Shown here piece after piece: positions 49,385 to 61,679 of a stretch of DNA of 64,000 nucleotides. Made by a program: the position numbers and the translations under genes. The DNA comes from Podarcis melisellensis (Eukaryota), in NCBI GenBank assembly GCA_964234715.1, contig OZ174280.1. The stretch is one strand, 5' to 3'. Within the stretch, counting starts at the first letter, position 1. Each line of letters begins with the position of its first letter. The notes beneath the pieces were generated by a model that saw only the letters and a list, made by a program, of their open reading frames with translations, was not told the DNA's origin and did no database searches.

Positions 49385-51234
49385 GACTGTTCTTTTAGAA
49401 TAGTGATATGGGAAGGGACAGAAACCGGGCCAGGGAGGGAGGGGGAGAGTAGAATAGTAAAAATTTATGATTTTTGTTCTTTTTAATTTTGATATGGATT
49501 GTTTAATAAAAAGGGAGGATTTCGTGGGAGAGAGGGTAGGACGACCTTAGAGAAAGGAGCTAATGTGTAAAAACAGGATAAGTAAACTTGAGCCCAACAA
49601 GAGATGTTAAATATTAAGAACAGAGGATAAAAATATAATAGAGAGAAGAGGAAATAACTTGCTGAATTAACTATTGAAATTGGAATGGGGGAAGGAGAGA
49701 TGTGGGGAAGTCAAGGAAAGAGGGTAATGAACATTATATATGTTTTGTTTTGTGTTTTGTGTTTGTGTGTGTGTATGTCTATAAAATGTGAAAACTCAAT
49801 AAAAAATATTTTTTTAAAAAAAAAACATGCCGAAATTATTATTTTGCTTTGGGTGTCCCATGCTTACTATAATCAATTGTTCTTTCTCCGTGATAATAAC
49901 AGCAGCAGCATTTGAGATGAGTTTGTTAATGTGAACCAGATTAATTTCACCTTGAGTTTCTATTCTCTTGATCTATAATGGCTTATTCAAAACCTGGCTA
50001 GTTCAGAATTTCCTTGTTTTATTACACATTATTTATATCACAGGCATGTAAAGAATCCACATACAGGGCTCATTCATATGTAATGCTTAGTTCAGTGCTA
50101 TATGATTGAGTTGGAATGAACCCAAGCAAAACATCTGACCGCGTTCTCCCCTCCTTCCTTCTCCTTCTCTCACATGGCAAGGAGGAAGCCTGGTTGGTTG
50201 TTAAGTTCAAACCAGGGGATCTGGTTTAAAACAAGCTCTGCTAAGTTTCCAATGTAGCCAATTTCAGACCATGAATTGTTAAGCTGTCAAGGCCAGGCTG
50301 AACACTGGTGAGCAGGTAGGGCTGCCATACGTCTGGATTTGTGGGGTGTGGGTGAGTGGGGTGTGGGTGGGTGTCTTCCTAACTTCCTACTTTTTGAAAT
50401 ATGGCAACCCTATGAGTGGGGCCTCTCTGTTGCTGCAACTACCTCATTGGGTGCACTCCTAGGAGTAGCTGAGAAATGCAAGACCGATACACACATTTTC
50501 CTAACTTGTAGGTGTAGTTTTGACATTCCTTGCCTGACAGTGCCGTGACAGAAGAGTTTGTTTTAAAACAGGATCCCTGGCTGAAACATAAAGGCACACC
50601 AGGATTCTTCAAAATTGAAACTAGACCCTTTCAACATTGTTCTGCTGGCAGCATTGCAGGCGTGCGCAGTTGCACAAGTCCAACGCAGTGCTCATTCTGG
50701 CTCATCCACAAAGCACTAAACTTAGAGGAGAACTGCTGCCCTGAGTAGGAGACTTGGGTTCAGGACTCCCAACTTGAAGGGCCATTTCATAAACTAGGCA
50801 ATGGCTTACCTTGTCACCACCAAGTGCAGACTCAACATGGAGCAGTGGCCAGTATTCACACTTTAATTTTTTAGACGGACACATGAAGCATCTTCGGTGT
50901 ACATTTAAAAAGACATTGAAATATGTTTCCTAACGTTCTTTTGCACAGGAATGTTTAACATTAGGCAGTATGAAGCACAAATAAACTCAAACCAAAACGT
51001 CAAACCAAAATGAACAATATTACAAGATGTGCACTGAGTGAGAGTGGCTGGGCTTTGGCCATTCTTGATCTAATCTTTCTTTGCAGCCACTTTGTGCAGA
51101 CTGTTCTGTCACCAGCTCCAGAATAATTTGGAAAATAACCACTTTTTTTTACTTTTTTTGTTTAGTCTAGAGCATCATCATTACTTAACTTGTTACTTGA
51201 AGTAATTTAATTTCATTGCTATCTGTTTTGACAG

Positions 51235-51326
51235 CTGAATATTATCTTCCTGGTGATCACACTGTACAAAATGGTGAAGCACTCAAACACTTTGAAACCA
51301 GACTCTAGCAGGTTGGAAAACATTAA
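51235..51326 (+). CDS. ADGRL2: ADGRL2 exon: TM5 end-ICL3 ([30 protein letters not shown])
   Basis: ttttgacag|CTGAAT acceptor and ATTAA|gtaagt donor. 92 nt, phase 0/2. Confidence 0.95.
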
Positions 51327-52406
51327 GTAAGTGCTTTGTGTTTGAATCAAGAACTGTGATTATTTTTTCTGATTGTTCCAACTGATTGAAAGCTCCCCCT
51401 TTCCATTAGCAACACAATGCTTTGTTTCCCAGCACCCACAGATGTCAATTAGAAGTAAACAGCACCAATCCTGCTCTCGTCATATTTGTTGCTATAATGA
51501 TACAGGCAACGCTTGAAATTAAATAACTTCTGCTTGGAACAATGGCCAAGAATTTGTTTTGGTGCATTCACGGAGATTCCTCAGCAATGTAGCAAGTTCA
51601 TTTGCATTTAAAATGCAGCTTCCAAACAATGTTCCCCTTTGCATGGCTGGTGTTGTTCTGCTGAGTATGTTTCGTTAAATTATTTTCAGATGCTAGTGAT
51701 TCTCAGCAGTTTCCCCATTCATAATCCCACTCCCCTAAGAGAATTTGCTTCTACTTCTTTTGTTATCTTGAAGATTATCTGTTGCTTTTCATGCAAATTT
51801 AACAAATATTTACTTTTATCCTGTGACTACACAAGAATCACAATATTCCCTTTCTTGAAAGTAGAGCAATGGCTTAATATTCTTAATGAGAATCTTACAG
51901 TGGTGGATCATGCTTTAGGTCAGAGGTAGGCAAGATAAGATTCCACTGTCCAATACCAGCCCAAGCATCCATTATGTGGGTAAAGGGAAGGAACAGATTT
52001 CTGGGAGGGAAGCTTTTGGTTTGGTTGGGTGGGATAAACACTTTGGACTTACATTGCCTACCCCTGCTTTAGATTATTCTATATTTAGACTGGAATTGTT
52101 TTGCCAGACTTAAGAGGGACAGGACTTTCCCCCCTAATCATAAGCACTCTTACTTGGAGGTCAGATCCACTGACGTCATTGGTGCTCCCAAGTGAAATGT
52201 GCTTAGTAGTGGGCTCTTGAATTGTCTTTGAATGCAGAATATGGCAAGGACAGATTTGCAACAAAGCTAGCATTACAAACTAGAAGTTGCTTAGATAGGT
52301 CACAATATCAGCTTCATTGCATGTTGCATGTTAAGAGAGAGAGCTAATCTTTAGCACCTCTCTTTTCTTCCTTTTCTTCCTCTTTCTGTCTTCTCATCCA
52401 CACCAG

Positions 52407-52451
52407 TAATTACCGTGTTTGTGATGGCTACTATAATACGGACTTACCTGG
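52407..52451 (+). CDS. ADGRL2: ADGRL2 alternative ICL3 exon (45 nt; NYRVCDGYYNTDLPG)
   Basis: Long CT tract, then caccag|TAATTAC...CCTGG|gtaaga. Phase 2/2. Known latrophilin-2 ICL3 insert. Confidence 0.92.
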
Positions 52452-52772
52452 GTAAGATAGAACCCTACATTAACAAATTTAAAGCATGACTTTTTAATTT
52501 TTATTTTTTTAAAAAAACAAAACTTTACAAATATGGACAATTTTCTGGATTGTCCGTAATTTTAATTAACAACTTTGGAGATAATCTAATTTGCTAAACT
52601 ATTTCCAACTATTATATGCTTTTTATTATTTTAAACTGCTTGTGTCTGCACTTTGAATTTTCTAATTTTAACTAATTTTTGTATAAAATTACTAAAAATG
52701 CTTTCTTATTAATTTCAATTTAAATTCTGTCTAATGATTTTGTTTCTCTTTTCTGCTTATAATGCTTTCTAG

Positions 52773-52799
52773 CTATGAAGATAATAAGCCATTTATCAA
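52773..52799 (+). CDS. ADGRL2: ADGRL2 alternative ICL3 microexon (27 nt; YEDNKPFIK)
   Basis: ctttctag|CTATGAAGATAATAAGCCATTTATCAA|gtaaga. Phase 2/2. Homologous to the latrophilin YEDN(K/R)PFIK insert. Confidence 0.9.
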
Positions 52800-53431
52800 G
52801 TAAGATCATTAGTTAGATGTGGAATGCACTGAATAAACCCCTTTCCCCTTCATTCTGTGCTGTCCTCTGCAATTTCTTTCCCCCCCGAAACTATTCATGA
52901 CAAAATATCCTTCAAAGACCTTTTTTTGTGATTAAATCCATATATTTGTCACATTTCAGTAAGGCACTTTCATATGAAAGTTAGACTACCTAGTTTAGCA
53001 GAGTCTTCAAACTTTAGGTTATCAGCTTTTGATCTGCCATTTAACTTTTGTGTATTTGTGTTATTTGTGTATGTGTGTGTCAGATGCAAGCACAATTGTT
53101 AAAATATGGGCATCCATTAGTGGTTAAAAGAGACTTTCAGATCTCCAAATATACACGCATACATACAGATAAAGCAAAGGGGTTTCTGGACCTGGTACTA
53201 GAGCATTGCATTTTAAAATAACTACCGCTGCTGTTTTCATTGGAAACTAAAACGGAATTGCTCTTCCTATAATAGATAAAAGGTTAAAGCCAATAATTTA
53301 TAATTATATATGACTAAAAACCTAGTAAAAATAAATTGCAGCAAGTAAACTTTTAATATGCAATTTTGCAATGTGCATTTTTTTAAAAAAAACAAAACGG
53401 CAGTGTTACTTAAATTGCTTTTCTTTTTCAG

Positions 53432-53600
53432 GTCTTGGGCCCTAGGTGCATTTGCTCTCCTGTGTCTTCTGGGCCTAACATGGTCTTTTGGACTGCTTTA
53501 TGTCAACGATGAGACCATTGTGATGGCATACCTCTTCACAGTATTTAATTCTTTCCAAGGAATGTTTATTTTCATCTTTCATTGTGCACTCCAAAAGAAA
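53432..53600 (+). CDS. ADGRL2: ADGRL2 exon: TM6-TM7 ([20 protein letters not shown]...HCALQKK)
   Basis: ctttttcag|GTCTTGG acceptor and AAA|gtgagt donor. 169 nt, phase 2/0. Confidence 0.96.
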
Positions 53601-53813
53601 GTGAGTCATTGCACATATACACTTCCTCTGTACCTCCAAAATATTTTCCGTATCTCTTTTTAAACAAGGCATTATATATAAATAGTGCATAGACAGGTGG
53701 AACGTAGTGCTCTGTTGTTTAACTTGTGATCCAGCTGCCAACAAAATTGTTGTTAGAAGTCCTGATTGTTAGGTTACCATACTTTTACCCATTCTTCTAC
53801 ATTCTTGCGATAC

Positions 53814-53832
53814 TCCCCCTAGGTGGCAGTGT
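53814..53832 (+). promoter_or_regulatory. Possible CTCF site
   Basis: CCCCTAGGTGGCAGTG closely matches the CTCF core CC(A/G)C(T/C)AG(A/G)TGGC(A/G)G. Motif match only. Confidence 0.35.
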
Positions 53833-56531
53833 CACAGACGAAAGTGAACACATGCCAATAATTGGGATTGTCTGGATGCAGTAAGTTCCACATTACCATG
53901 TTTAATGTAGGTGAATTAAAGCAGAATTCTACATGTGTCTATTCCGAAGAAGATCTCAAATGAGATCAATGGGGCTATTTTCCAGGCAACCTCTTACTAA
54001 TCTTAGCGCCAATGACTTGCAAGGCAAGTTGGGCCAAAAACTAGACATGTAAATGTGCCTATCTTTAAAAAAAGCCAAAAAACCATTTAAGAACATGGCC
54101 ATAGCTGCCATCCCAAATCAAATAAATCAATAAAAATACTTAACTAACAGAGGTTTTCCCCACTAACATGAAGCCTGGCTATGCCCATGCTTAAGAAAGC
54201 AAACAAATAGATAAATGGAATCAGAAACCATTCTAAAAATGGATGGGTTTTGTTGAACAAACATTTATGGCCTCTGTTATGCAGCATGGAACAAATAAGT
54301 ATATTGTGTTTAACTATTAAAACAGGGTAACAGCAGTTCCTCTCCCCTGAAACGTATTGGTGGATGGGGAGGCACTGTTAGCCATTGATCAACCCCTGTA
54401 GCACATCTTTCTTTTCATCTGTGATTTTTCTGGCTGATGGTAGATTGTTCATTATGAGGTGAAGCTTTTAGCAAAAGTTGATCCCCAGGAGGGCTCTTTT
54501 CTTTCCATCCTCCAAGAGCAGGATTGCACTTAGATATAGGTAAAATACTATTTATAATCAGCATTTTAAAGGGAACTGTGAAAATCAAATTACTGTTCAC
54601 ACATTGGGATCCCTGATTCATAGGACATTTCATTAATTTGAGATCATTGGATAAAAGGCATGCTGATTATTGGCTGCTAGTTTAATAAGAGTTGAATCAG
54701 AAGTAGCCTTTTGTATTTGAAATGAAGTTGGCATTTCATTATTATTATTTTTTACAATTGGTATACCCTCCAGTTTGAGTGTGGCTGCTATGATACAGGT
54801 AAAGTGATTTGCGTCATGAAACAGGGAATTGCCAATAGGACAGCAGGTATTTCCTCTGAATTAGAGGAATGGAATGAATATTTGAAACATTTTAAAATGA
54901 AAATAGTCAAGATACAAATGCTTCCTAGAGTAGGGTATTATAAAACAATGTTGTTGTTGTTTTAAAAAATAACATCAAAAGGCAAATTGCCTTTATTCCT
55001 TACTCGAATTATGCATTGTTTTTATACTATGTTGCGGTAGTCAGAAGCAATATTAAGTGCCAGTTGAGCGTGGAAAAAGCTTAACCTTCGCACAAGATGT
55101 TTCATACCTGCAAGAAGCATTCAGGCTGCCGTTTAAGCTTTAAAAAGTTTCAGTGTCTTTCCCTGGATATCATTCTACTTCTGTATACATAGCTAATGTG
55201 TTCTTTTTATTCTGTTATTACTAGTTGGCCACTAAATTGAACAGAGAAATAGAATTGTGAAAGTGAAAACTATTATGTTTCTAGTCCTGACAAGATGATA
55301 GTGCTGTTACTTCCTTCAGTTTTGAACAAGCTGTAATTTAGAAATAATGACAGTGGAATGTGCTGCACTGACAGATAATGTACATTCACAGCAGTATAGA
55401 CATTAGGCAAAAATCAGCCCCAGGGGGTGGTATTTGGGAGGCGGGGGAATTAAAAAGACGGTGACAGTCGCTGGTCACACACACAGAGACAGACAGACAC
55501 ACAATTTTGCAGCTTATATAGGAAACCCATACTATGCCCATTCTCATCCCTGGCCTAAATTTCTAAGGCCGTTAAAATCTTTTAGGCTGTAATCCTATAT
55601 AAACCTGAGAGTAAGCGCCATTTAAACTGAATTGGACTTGTTTCTGACTTGACATGCATAGTATTAATCTTATTTCCCTGAGGGTATTAGCATCATTCAC
55701 TTAGCTATTTATTTTTGTGAACTTAATCACACTAGACATTGAAATACAACTTTTATTTTGTGCCATCCAAATAAATTCAATCCCAAATATGTATCCTTGA
55801 AATTAGCAGTGTAGCTCCCAGGGGTGGCAGCACTTACCTAATCTCCCATTCCTAGGTTTACTTTGGAGGAGCGAGTGAGGTGGGCATGATGCAAATGCAC
55901 CAGTGGGAGCACCAGATTGGCTCCACCGATGCATTTGCACCATGGTAACCTCACCGTTGGGCTCCCCATAAACCTTGGCTGCACTGGTGAAGTTGCTGTT
56001 CCATTTCCCAAGCCACTACAACTTATGGTGCCCAGCTGTCTTCATTGCTCTCGTTCCACTTTGTTAGCCAATAGAGCTGCTTGGCACAGACTGGCTCTCT
56101 TCAAGCCGTAAGTGGTCACACCAGAGTACGTCTGGAATTGTTTGCCGTGTACTGGGAGAGCCAGTCGAGACACAACCTCCACCGGGTCATGGTTTGAAGC
56201 CACACTGGAATGTGAATCATGGGGGACATTTTGTCTATGATTTCCTTCTACCTGCAGTTCCCCAGCTAGGAAGTAATCTAGAGAAAGGATAATTGCAAGA
56301 CATAAGAGAGGCAAGGATTTTGTGCTTCACTGACATGCTTTTAATTTTGTAAAAAATTAATACATTTTTCTTAATTGTATTGGAAACATAAAAATGGCCC
56401 TGTTTCAGAAGGGCTTGTTTACCTTTGCTGTCTGCCTCAGATCTCAGGAGCAGGTAGGCTAGAAATATACAGAAATAGATTATTTAAAAATGAAAGCATG
56501 AATATTTATGAGCATCGTTGTTAACATACAG

Positions 56532-56660
56532 GTACGTAAGGAGTACGGCAAGTGCTTCAGACATTCGTATTGCTGTGGAGGATTGCCAACAGAGAGCCCA
56601 CACAGTTCAGTAAAGGCATCGACTACCAGAACTAGTGCTCGCTATTCCTCTGGCACTCAG
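56532..56660 (+). CDS. ADGRL2: ADGRL2 exon: helix 8 and proximal tail (VRKEYGKC...SSGTQ)
   Basis: catacag|GTACGT acceptor and CAG|gtaaca donor. 129 nt, phase 0/0. Confidence 0.96.
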
Positions 56661-57803
56661 GTAACAAACATTTTGACAGAACCTTTTAATGACAGCATCT
56701 TTTAATTAACCTTGCTTATAAAAAGCCCGCTGAGATGCGTTCCATTCAGATGCACTAATTGTGTTCTCATTATAACAGCCTTGATGACAATTGCATGCTT
56801 TTTTTATATATTCTGGGCCCGATTCTAAACATTCCTTCAAGGTTGAGCTTCATAGTAGTTTTTTTTTTTTTTTTTTTAAAGAAGACATTAACAACAAACT
56901 CTCTTATTGGTCCATAAGCAGAGTTAGAGCTTACTTATGGCCAGAAAGTGGCCAAGAGATGTGATTTTAAATAGCATGTATCGTCAGCAGTAAGTCTGAG
57001 ACATTAAGTCTGCTTAATATAAATCAGTTCAGGAGACTACATGTTTCACAACTGACTTTCCATTTTACAAAGGTAAATATAACCATTTTCAGGAAGTTTT
57101 CCCATATGCATAATAATACTACATGTAGAGAAAGATAGTAGCCTGATTGGACTGCCTGTTTGATCAGTGACACTAAAGATAAATACATTGTTACCCTTCC
57201 TTTGAAAAAGAAGTCCAAACATTTGCTTTCTGTTAAATTTATTTATTTTTAATGCAACTAAAGCAGCAACCATCAAATGCATTCAACCTCACTTTTCTTT
57301 ATGTAGCCTAGGCCAGTTCCCTTATCAAAATGCTGCAGCTCCAGAAGACCTTCCTAAACTTTAATGCCAGAGCTCAGCTAAAAGAACGTGCATTAGATGA
57401 CTTTCCAGTCTTAATAATTAAGTGCATCACTTCCCTAGTTGCAACTCAGCCTGGGCGCAAGACTGTCCAGCACTAAGTGCCCAGGCTGAAGAGAAAGATA
57501 CCCAGCAGCATGAACCAACTGATGTCCTAAGTGTCCACCAAAGAACCAGAAACTAGTTTGAAGCCAAGCGTACCACAACCAGTTCCATACTCCTCTCCAA
57601 TACTTTGGTCGTAAGAACATGCATCGCAGCAGGCATGACAGAGAAGTAGGTTAACAGTGCAATTCTGTGCATGCTGACTTGCAAGTAAGCCCCACCGTGT
57701 TCACTGGGTCTTACTCCAAGGTACGCTTCCGTAGGATTGTAGCTAAATGTGCCAGGTTGCCATGTAAGATGTGACAACTATGCCCTATTTCTTCCGTTAA
57801 CAG

Positions 57804-57900
57804 AGCCGAATAAGGAGGATGTGGAATGACACTGTGAGAAAACAATCTGAATCATCCTTTATCTCAGGTGATATCAATAGCACTTCAACACTTAATCAAG
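57804..57900 (+). CDS. ADGRL2: ADGRL2 exon: cytoplasmic tail ([32 protein letters not shown])
   Basis: gttaacag|AGCCGA acceptor and CAAG|gtcagt donor. 97 nt, phase 0/1. Confidence 0.96.
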
Positions 57901-58053
57901 GTCAGTTGCTGGACACATCACACTCTAGTTTTGTTCTTTCGGCGGTATTTTTTTCAAATAAGAATTTAGGAGAATTGGGTTGCAGTAAATAAATCAAATA
58001 AGCAGATGTGCTCTGGGGTAGGTAGGTTAAATATCTCAGCATTGGAATGGAAG

Positions 58054-58080
58054 CACACACACACACACACACACACACAC
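58054..58080. repeat. (CA)n microsatellite
   Basis: Direct reading. Confidence 0.92.
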
Positions 58081-61000
58081 CCCAACACACAAAATGTATA
58101 AAAGTATTGCTCAACTCGGTCTTGAACACATTTAAAACTTAGTTCCCTCATGCTCTTTGCTCAGGATTGAATCTGACATTCTTATTCATGGAAATCGTAT
58201 TTAAATAAGTCTCATCAATAATTTAAACATAAAAGCAAGAACATAATTTTAAACTTTTGCTAACCTTTGTAGTCTAAAACTGAAACAGAACTATACCAGC
58301 ACAGTGACATTGTAAATGCATAAGATTTCCATATGCGGACATTTTGCCTGTGAAATCAAATTGACATCAGCTCTATACAAAAGACATCTGCAAATAGGGT
58401 TTCCCCCACAGTATAGTTTTGATCATATCTATAATGTACAGCATTTGTCTGCCACATGACAACCTGAAAAGAAGGAAGGGAGGGGAAGCCGCAGAACAGA
58501 CTTAAGATGTCTGGTCACAGTTTTATCACTATAACTCAGATTGAATGTTCTCAGGCATTCAAGACTTCACAGAAGTATACTAAATGATTATGAAGGCTAC
58601 CCATGCCATCTCCAGCAGTAAACTAACCAAAGCTTCTCATCCAAATCTTTATATATAAATAGACACTTTATCAAAAAATACTAATGTACAACTCTGTACC
58701 CCCCATCTCAACCCAAAGCCTGCAGTATTATCTATTTTGTTAAAATCCAAATTGAGTTTATAGGGAGGTCTTTCCTGGTGGTTTGTAATAACAAAAAAGA
58801 AAAAAGCCCAATAAATCTATGTTGATCCACAAGAAAATTCCAAAATCCACAGTTGATGTTGTTAGCTATGAGGAGTCTGGAGTCTTGATGGATGTTTCAG
58901 TTCCTTTATTAGGACCAACTAAAATGTCAGAAAATAGTGAGCCAGCTTTCGTATTTCTCAGACTCTTCACCAGGCCAAAAGTTGAACAAAGCAGGGAATG
59001 TGGGGAAAGTGGGACAGATATGGAAATCCACCTTTGGAATAAATCTAGATCTGCTTCCCCCAGCCTAGCATTGTCCAGATTTTTTGAACTAACAATCAGC
59101 CCTTTGGCCACAGCCAGATTTTCCAGCAAACTGAAAATGCTGCTAGATTAGGGGACCACTGTGATTTTAACAAGGAAAACAACAACCCAATTAAAGCCCC
59201 CCTCTCTCCCTTCCCAGAGGAAGTAACCTCTTATCTAGGCTGTTACCACGTTTTTCTGAATGCTGTATCTCCCTGATGCCACAATAGGAAGTTTCCATTC
59301 CTTCAGGGATTGGTGTTGGGGTAGAGGAGCCAGAATGTTTTTTGTTCAAAATCATGGTACAACCAAGCTCAGATGCTTTTTTCTCCGTAAAGAAATAGGA
59401 AATGGATGTAGAATAGCTGCTGGCTGACATTTATCCCTGGCAAGCAACATCTGCATAGGCCCCAAGCCAGATTTTTATTTTTATTTTAAATGGCATGTGA
59501 ATAGAACATATAGCACTTCTTTTTGTTGGAAGAAGTAGAAAATAGTCCATTGTCTGACTGGTTGTACTGCCAGCATCTCCTCCAGTTTCCTTGCAATTCT
59601 AGGGGCTGCTGTATTGAGCTAGCTAGTTGGGCACAATCTTTAAGAGAAAACAGCAAGTCCCATTTGGAAGCTTCCACTAATTTCCATGAGTTTTTGTGCA
59701 CTGGGACTTTCCCCATGAAATGTGCTCTGAACTTCTAGGTAGCCGGTGCTGCATTTTTCAGTTAATAATAATAAAAAAGACCATGACCTTTGAGTTCTCA
59801 GAGCCAACACATTAGAGTTAGAGAATCGTTAGTCTTTCCGCCACAGCGCAGAAATTAAGACAGAGGTGGGGAATTATGGTAATTAGCTGAAATTGCCATG
59901 TGGTGTAAAGTTTGCAATGTACAGCATAGGGGAAGATTATCTGAATTGCACTTTAGATTGCATCTTTTTAAAAAAATGTGAAAATCAAATAAATGAAACC
60001 AAACACCAAATAAGATTAACATAATCTGTCAGTAAAGCAATTCCCTGAACTGCAGGATTTTTGCTACCTACAGTAATAATATTTTGAGTAGTGATAAAGG
60101 CATTAATATTTAAAATGTAATATCTGCTGCTATTGCCACAATGAGAACCTAATCAATTTAAATTTTGTATGTAAATTTTTTGGCTGCTCTCTATCTCATT
60201 CTGGACATGTAATATATTCAGACAACATCCACCTCTCCTACCCCGTCACACTGCTCAACGGAACGGCACTTTCGCCTTGCTTGTGTATATATGATGCATT
60301 TGGGCCCACAAAGACTGCACTATAATTCCATCTCCCCTGACAACTGTATTAATTTAAGATACCCAAGATCAATATGGGTTTTCAAATGCCTAGTTTTTAA
60401 CAAATTGCTTAGAAACTTTCTCTGCTTCTTTAGAGGGCATATGCAAAAAGTGTTGATGCATTGGGATTGAAATTGCAGAAATAAGCTGTTTGCTCTAGCT
60501 TTCGGTGTGTTCATTTAAGATTATTGTTGCAGGGAGGACAGACATAACTTAAACATAACTCACTTAAAAATCCTAACAGATAGCATTGCGGCATGAATCT
60601 GTTTCTCCCGTAAGAATTTATGAATGATTTGCCCTCAACTCCAACCCCCCCACCCCCTCCATGCCTCCCCTTAAAGCATGCGCTCCTTTGCATATAACAA
60701 GAAAGGCTTCATGCAGCTTGCCATCACTTACCTTTGGCTGAAGAGGTTGTTTTTCACTTGCTCTCCCCCCCCCCCCCGGCTAAGTTAGTAATAAACCCTG
60801 TAGGTTTCCGAGATTGACCGGCGTGGCTCTAAATTAACACAATTTTGATTTCTCTATTACGGCGCCTATTACCCATGCTTAAGGTTAGAGACATTAAGCT
60901 GTAACATCTTGAAGTAGAACATTGGTCTTTGCGTTTAATTGCTATTCTTGTTTTAACAGTGATTTTGTATAAATTAGCAAATGTCATTCTTAGCAGGTGT

Positions 61001-61234
61001 TTACTTTGGGGATTTGGCCAGCACCTGTGAATTACTGAAATCTAACTACATTTTCCCTCTCGTCCTTCAAATTAGTAGTTCAAATACATTCAGAAATGTT
61101 CGGCTGAATCAAATTTGACAAGATATACACGACTCATGATGACATTTTTGTAAAAAAAATATATATATACTTTATTAGAACTGTCAGAATCAAATTAAGG
61201 AGCTGATGTCTCTCTTTCTGTTTCTTTGCTTTAG

Positions 61235-61363
61235 GAATGACTGGCAATTACCTACTAACAAACCCTCTTCTTCGACCACACGGCACTAACAATCCTTATA
61301 ACACATTGCTCGCTGAAACCGTTGTATGTAATGCCCCTTCAGCTCCTGTGTTTAACTCACCAG
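61235..61363 (+). CDS. ADGRL2: ADGRL2 alternative tail exon ([43 protein letters not shown])
   Basis: tgctttag|GAATGA acceptor and CCAG|gtgtgc donor. 129 nt, phase 1/1. Confidence 0.94.
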
Positions 61364-61626
61364 GTGTGCCCACACTTTGGGATATGTTGCTTTTGCTTTT
61401 GTTTCTTGATGGTATTTTGCTCAGAGCCTCCGTCGGTTAATTTGGCCAGAGACCTAGAATTGCAGTCCATATATTTCTCTCTCTCCGTCGAGAAGTACTG
61501 CTGATAACGCCAGGCTTGTAAAACTGCACTATATTATAGTGATAATGCCTTTGCCATAATAGTATTTGCCAATAATCCTCCCATGTTTTTAACACAGGTG
61601 GCATAAATCTTAATATACTATTACAG

Positions 61627-61679
61627 GACTGACACTCCATGGTCCGAGAGCCCATCTTCAAGATATATATCACTTAGAG
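61627..61679 (+). CDS. ADGRL2: ADGRL2 alternative frame-shifting tail exon (53 nt; GLTLHGPRAHLQDIYHLE)
   Basis: ttacag|GACTG...TTAGAG|gtatca. Phase 1 in, phase 0 out. Resembles the mammalian short-tail isoform sequence GLTSHGLRAHLQDLYHLE as I recall it. Confidence 0.85.

Larger units (their letters stand above)
47901..49823 (+). mobile_element. Full-length non-autonomous L1-type (HAL1-like) retroposon, ~1.92 kb, single ORF
   Basis: Exact 17-bp direct repeat AACATGCCGAAATTATT at 47884-47900 and 49824-49840. Starts GGACTTCCGG with a CpG-rich 5' region. AATAAA at 49798-49803 is followed by an A-tail. No reverse-transcriptase or endonuclease coding sequence is visible. Confidence 0.88.

Noticed and set aside
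57650-57745. Short palindromic AAGTAAGCCCCA...TGGG.CTTACT elements (similar near 16100, 26270, 53930, 55590) as miRNA hairpins
   Set aside because: Multiple decayed dispersed copies with poor pairing point to an old MITE-like repeat rather than a structured RNA gene.
57901-57950. 3' extension of the SRIRRMW exon ([15 protein letters not shown]) to a downstream GT
   Set aside because: The candidate donor GCG|gtattt is weak and in phase 0, incompatible with the phase-1 downstream exons.
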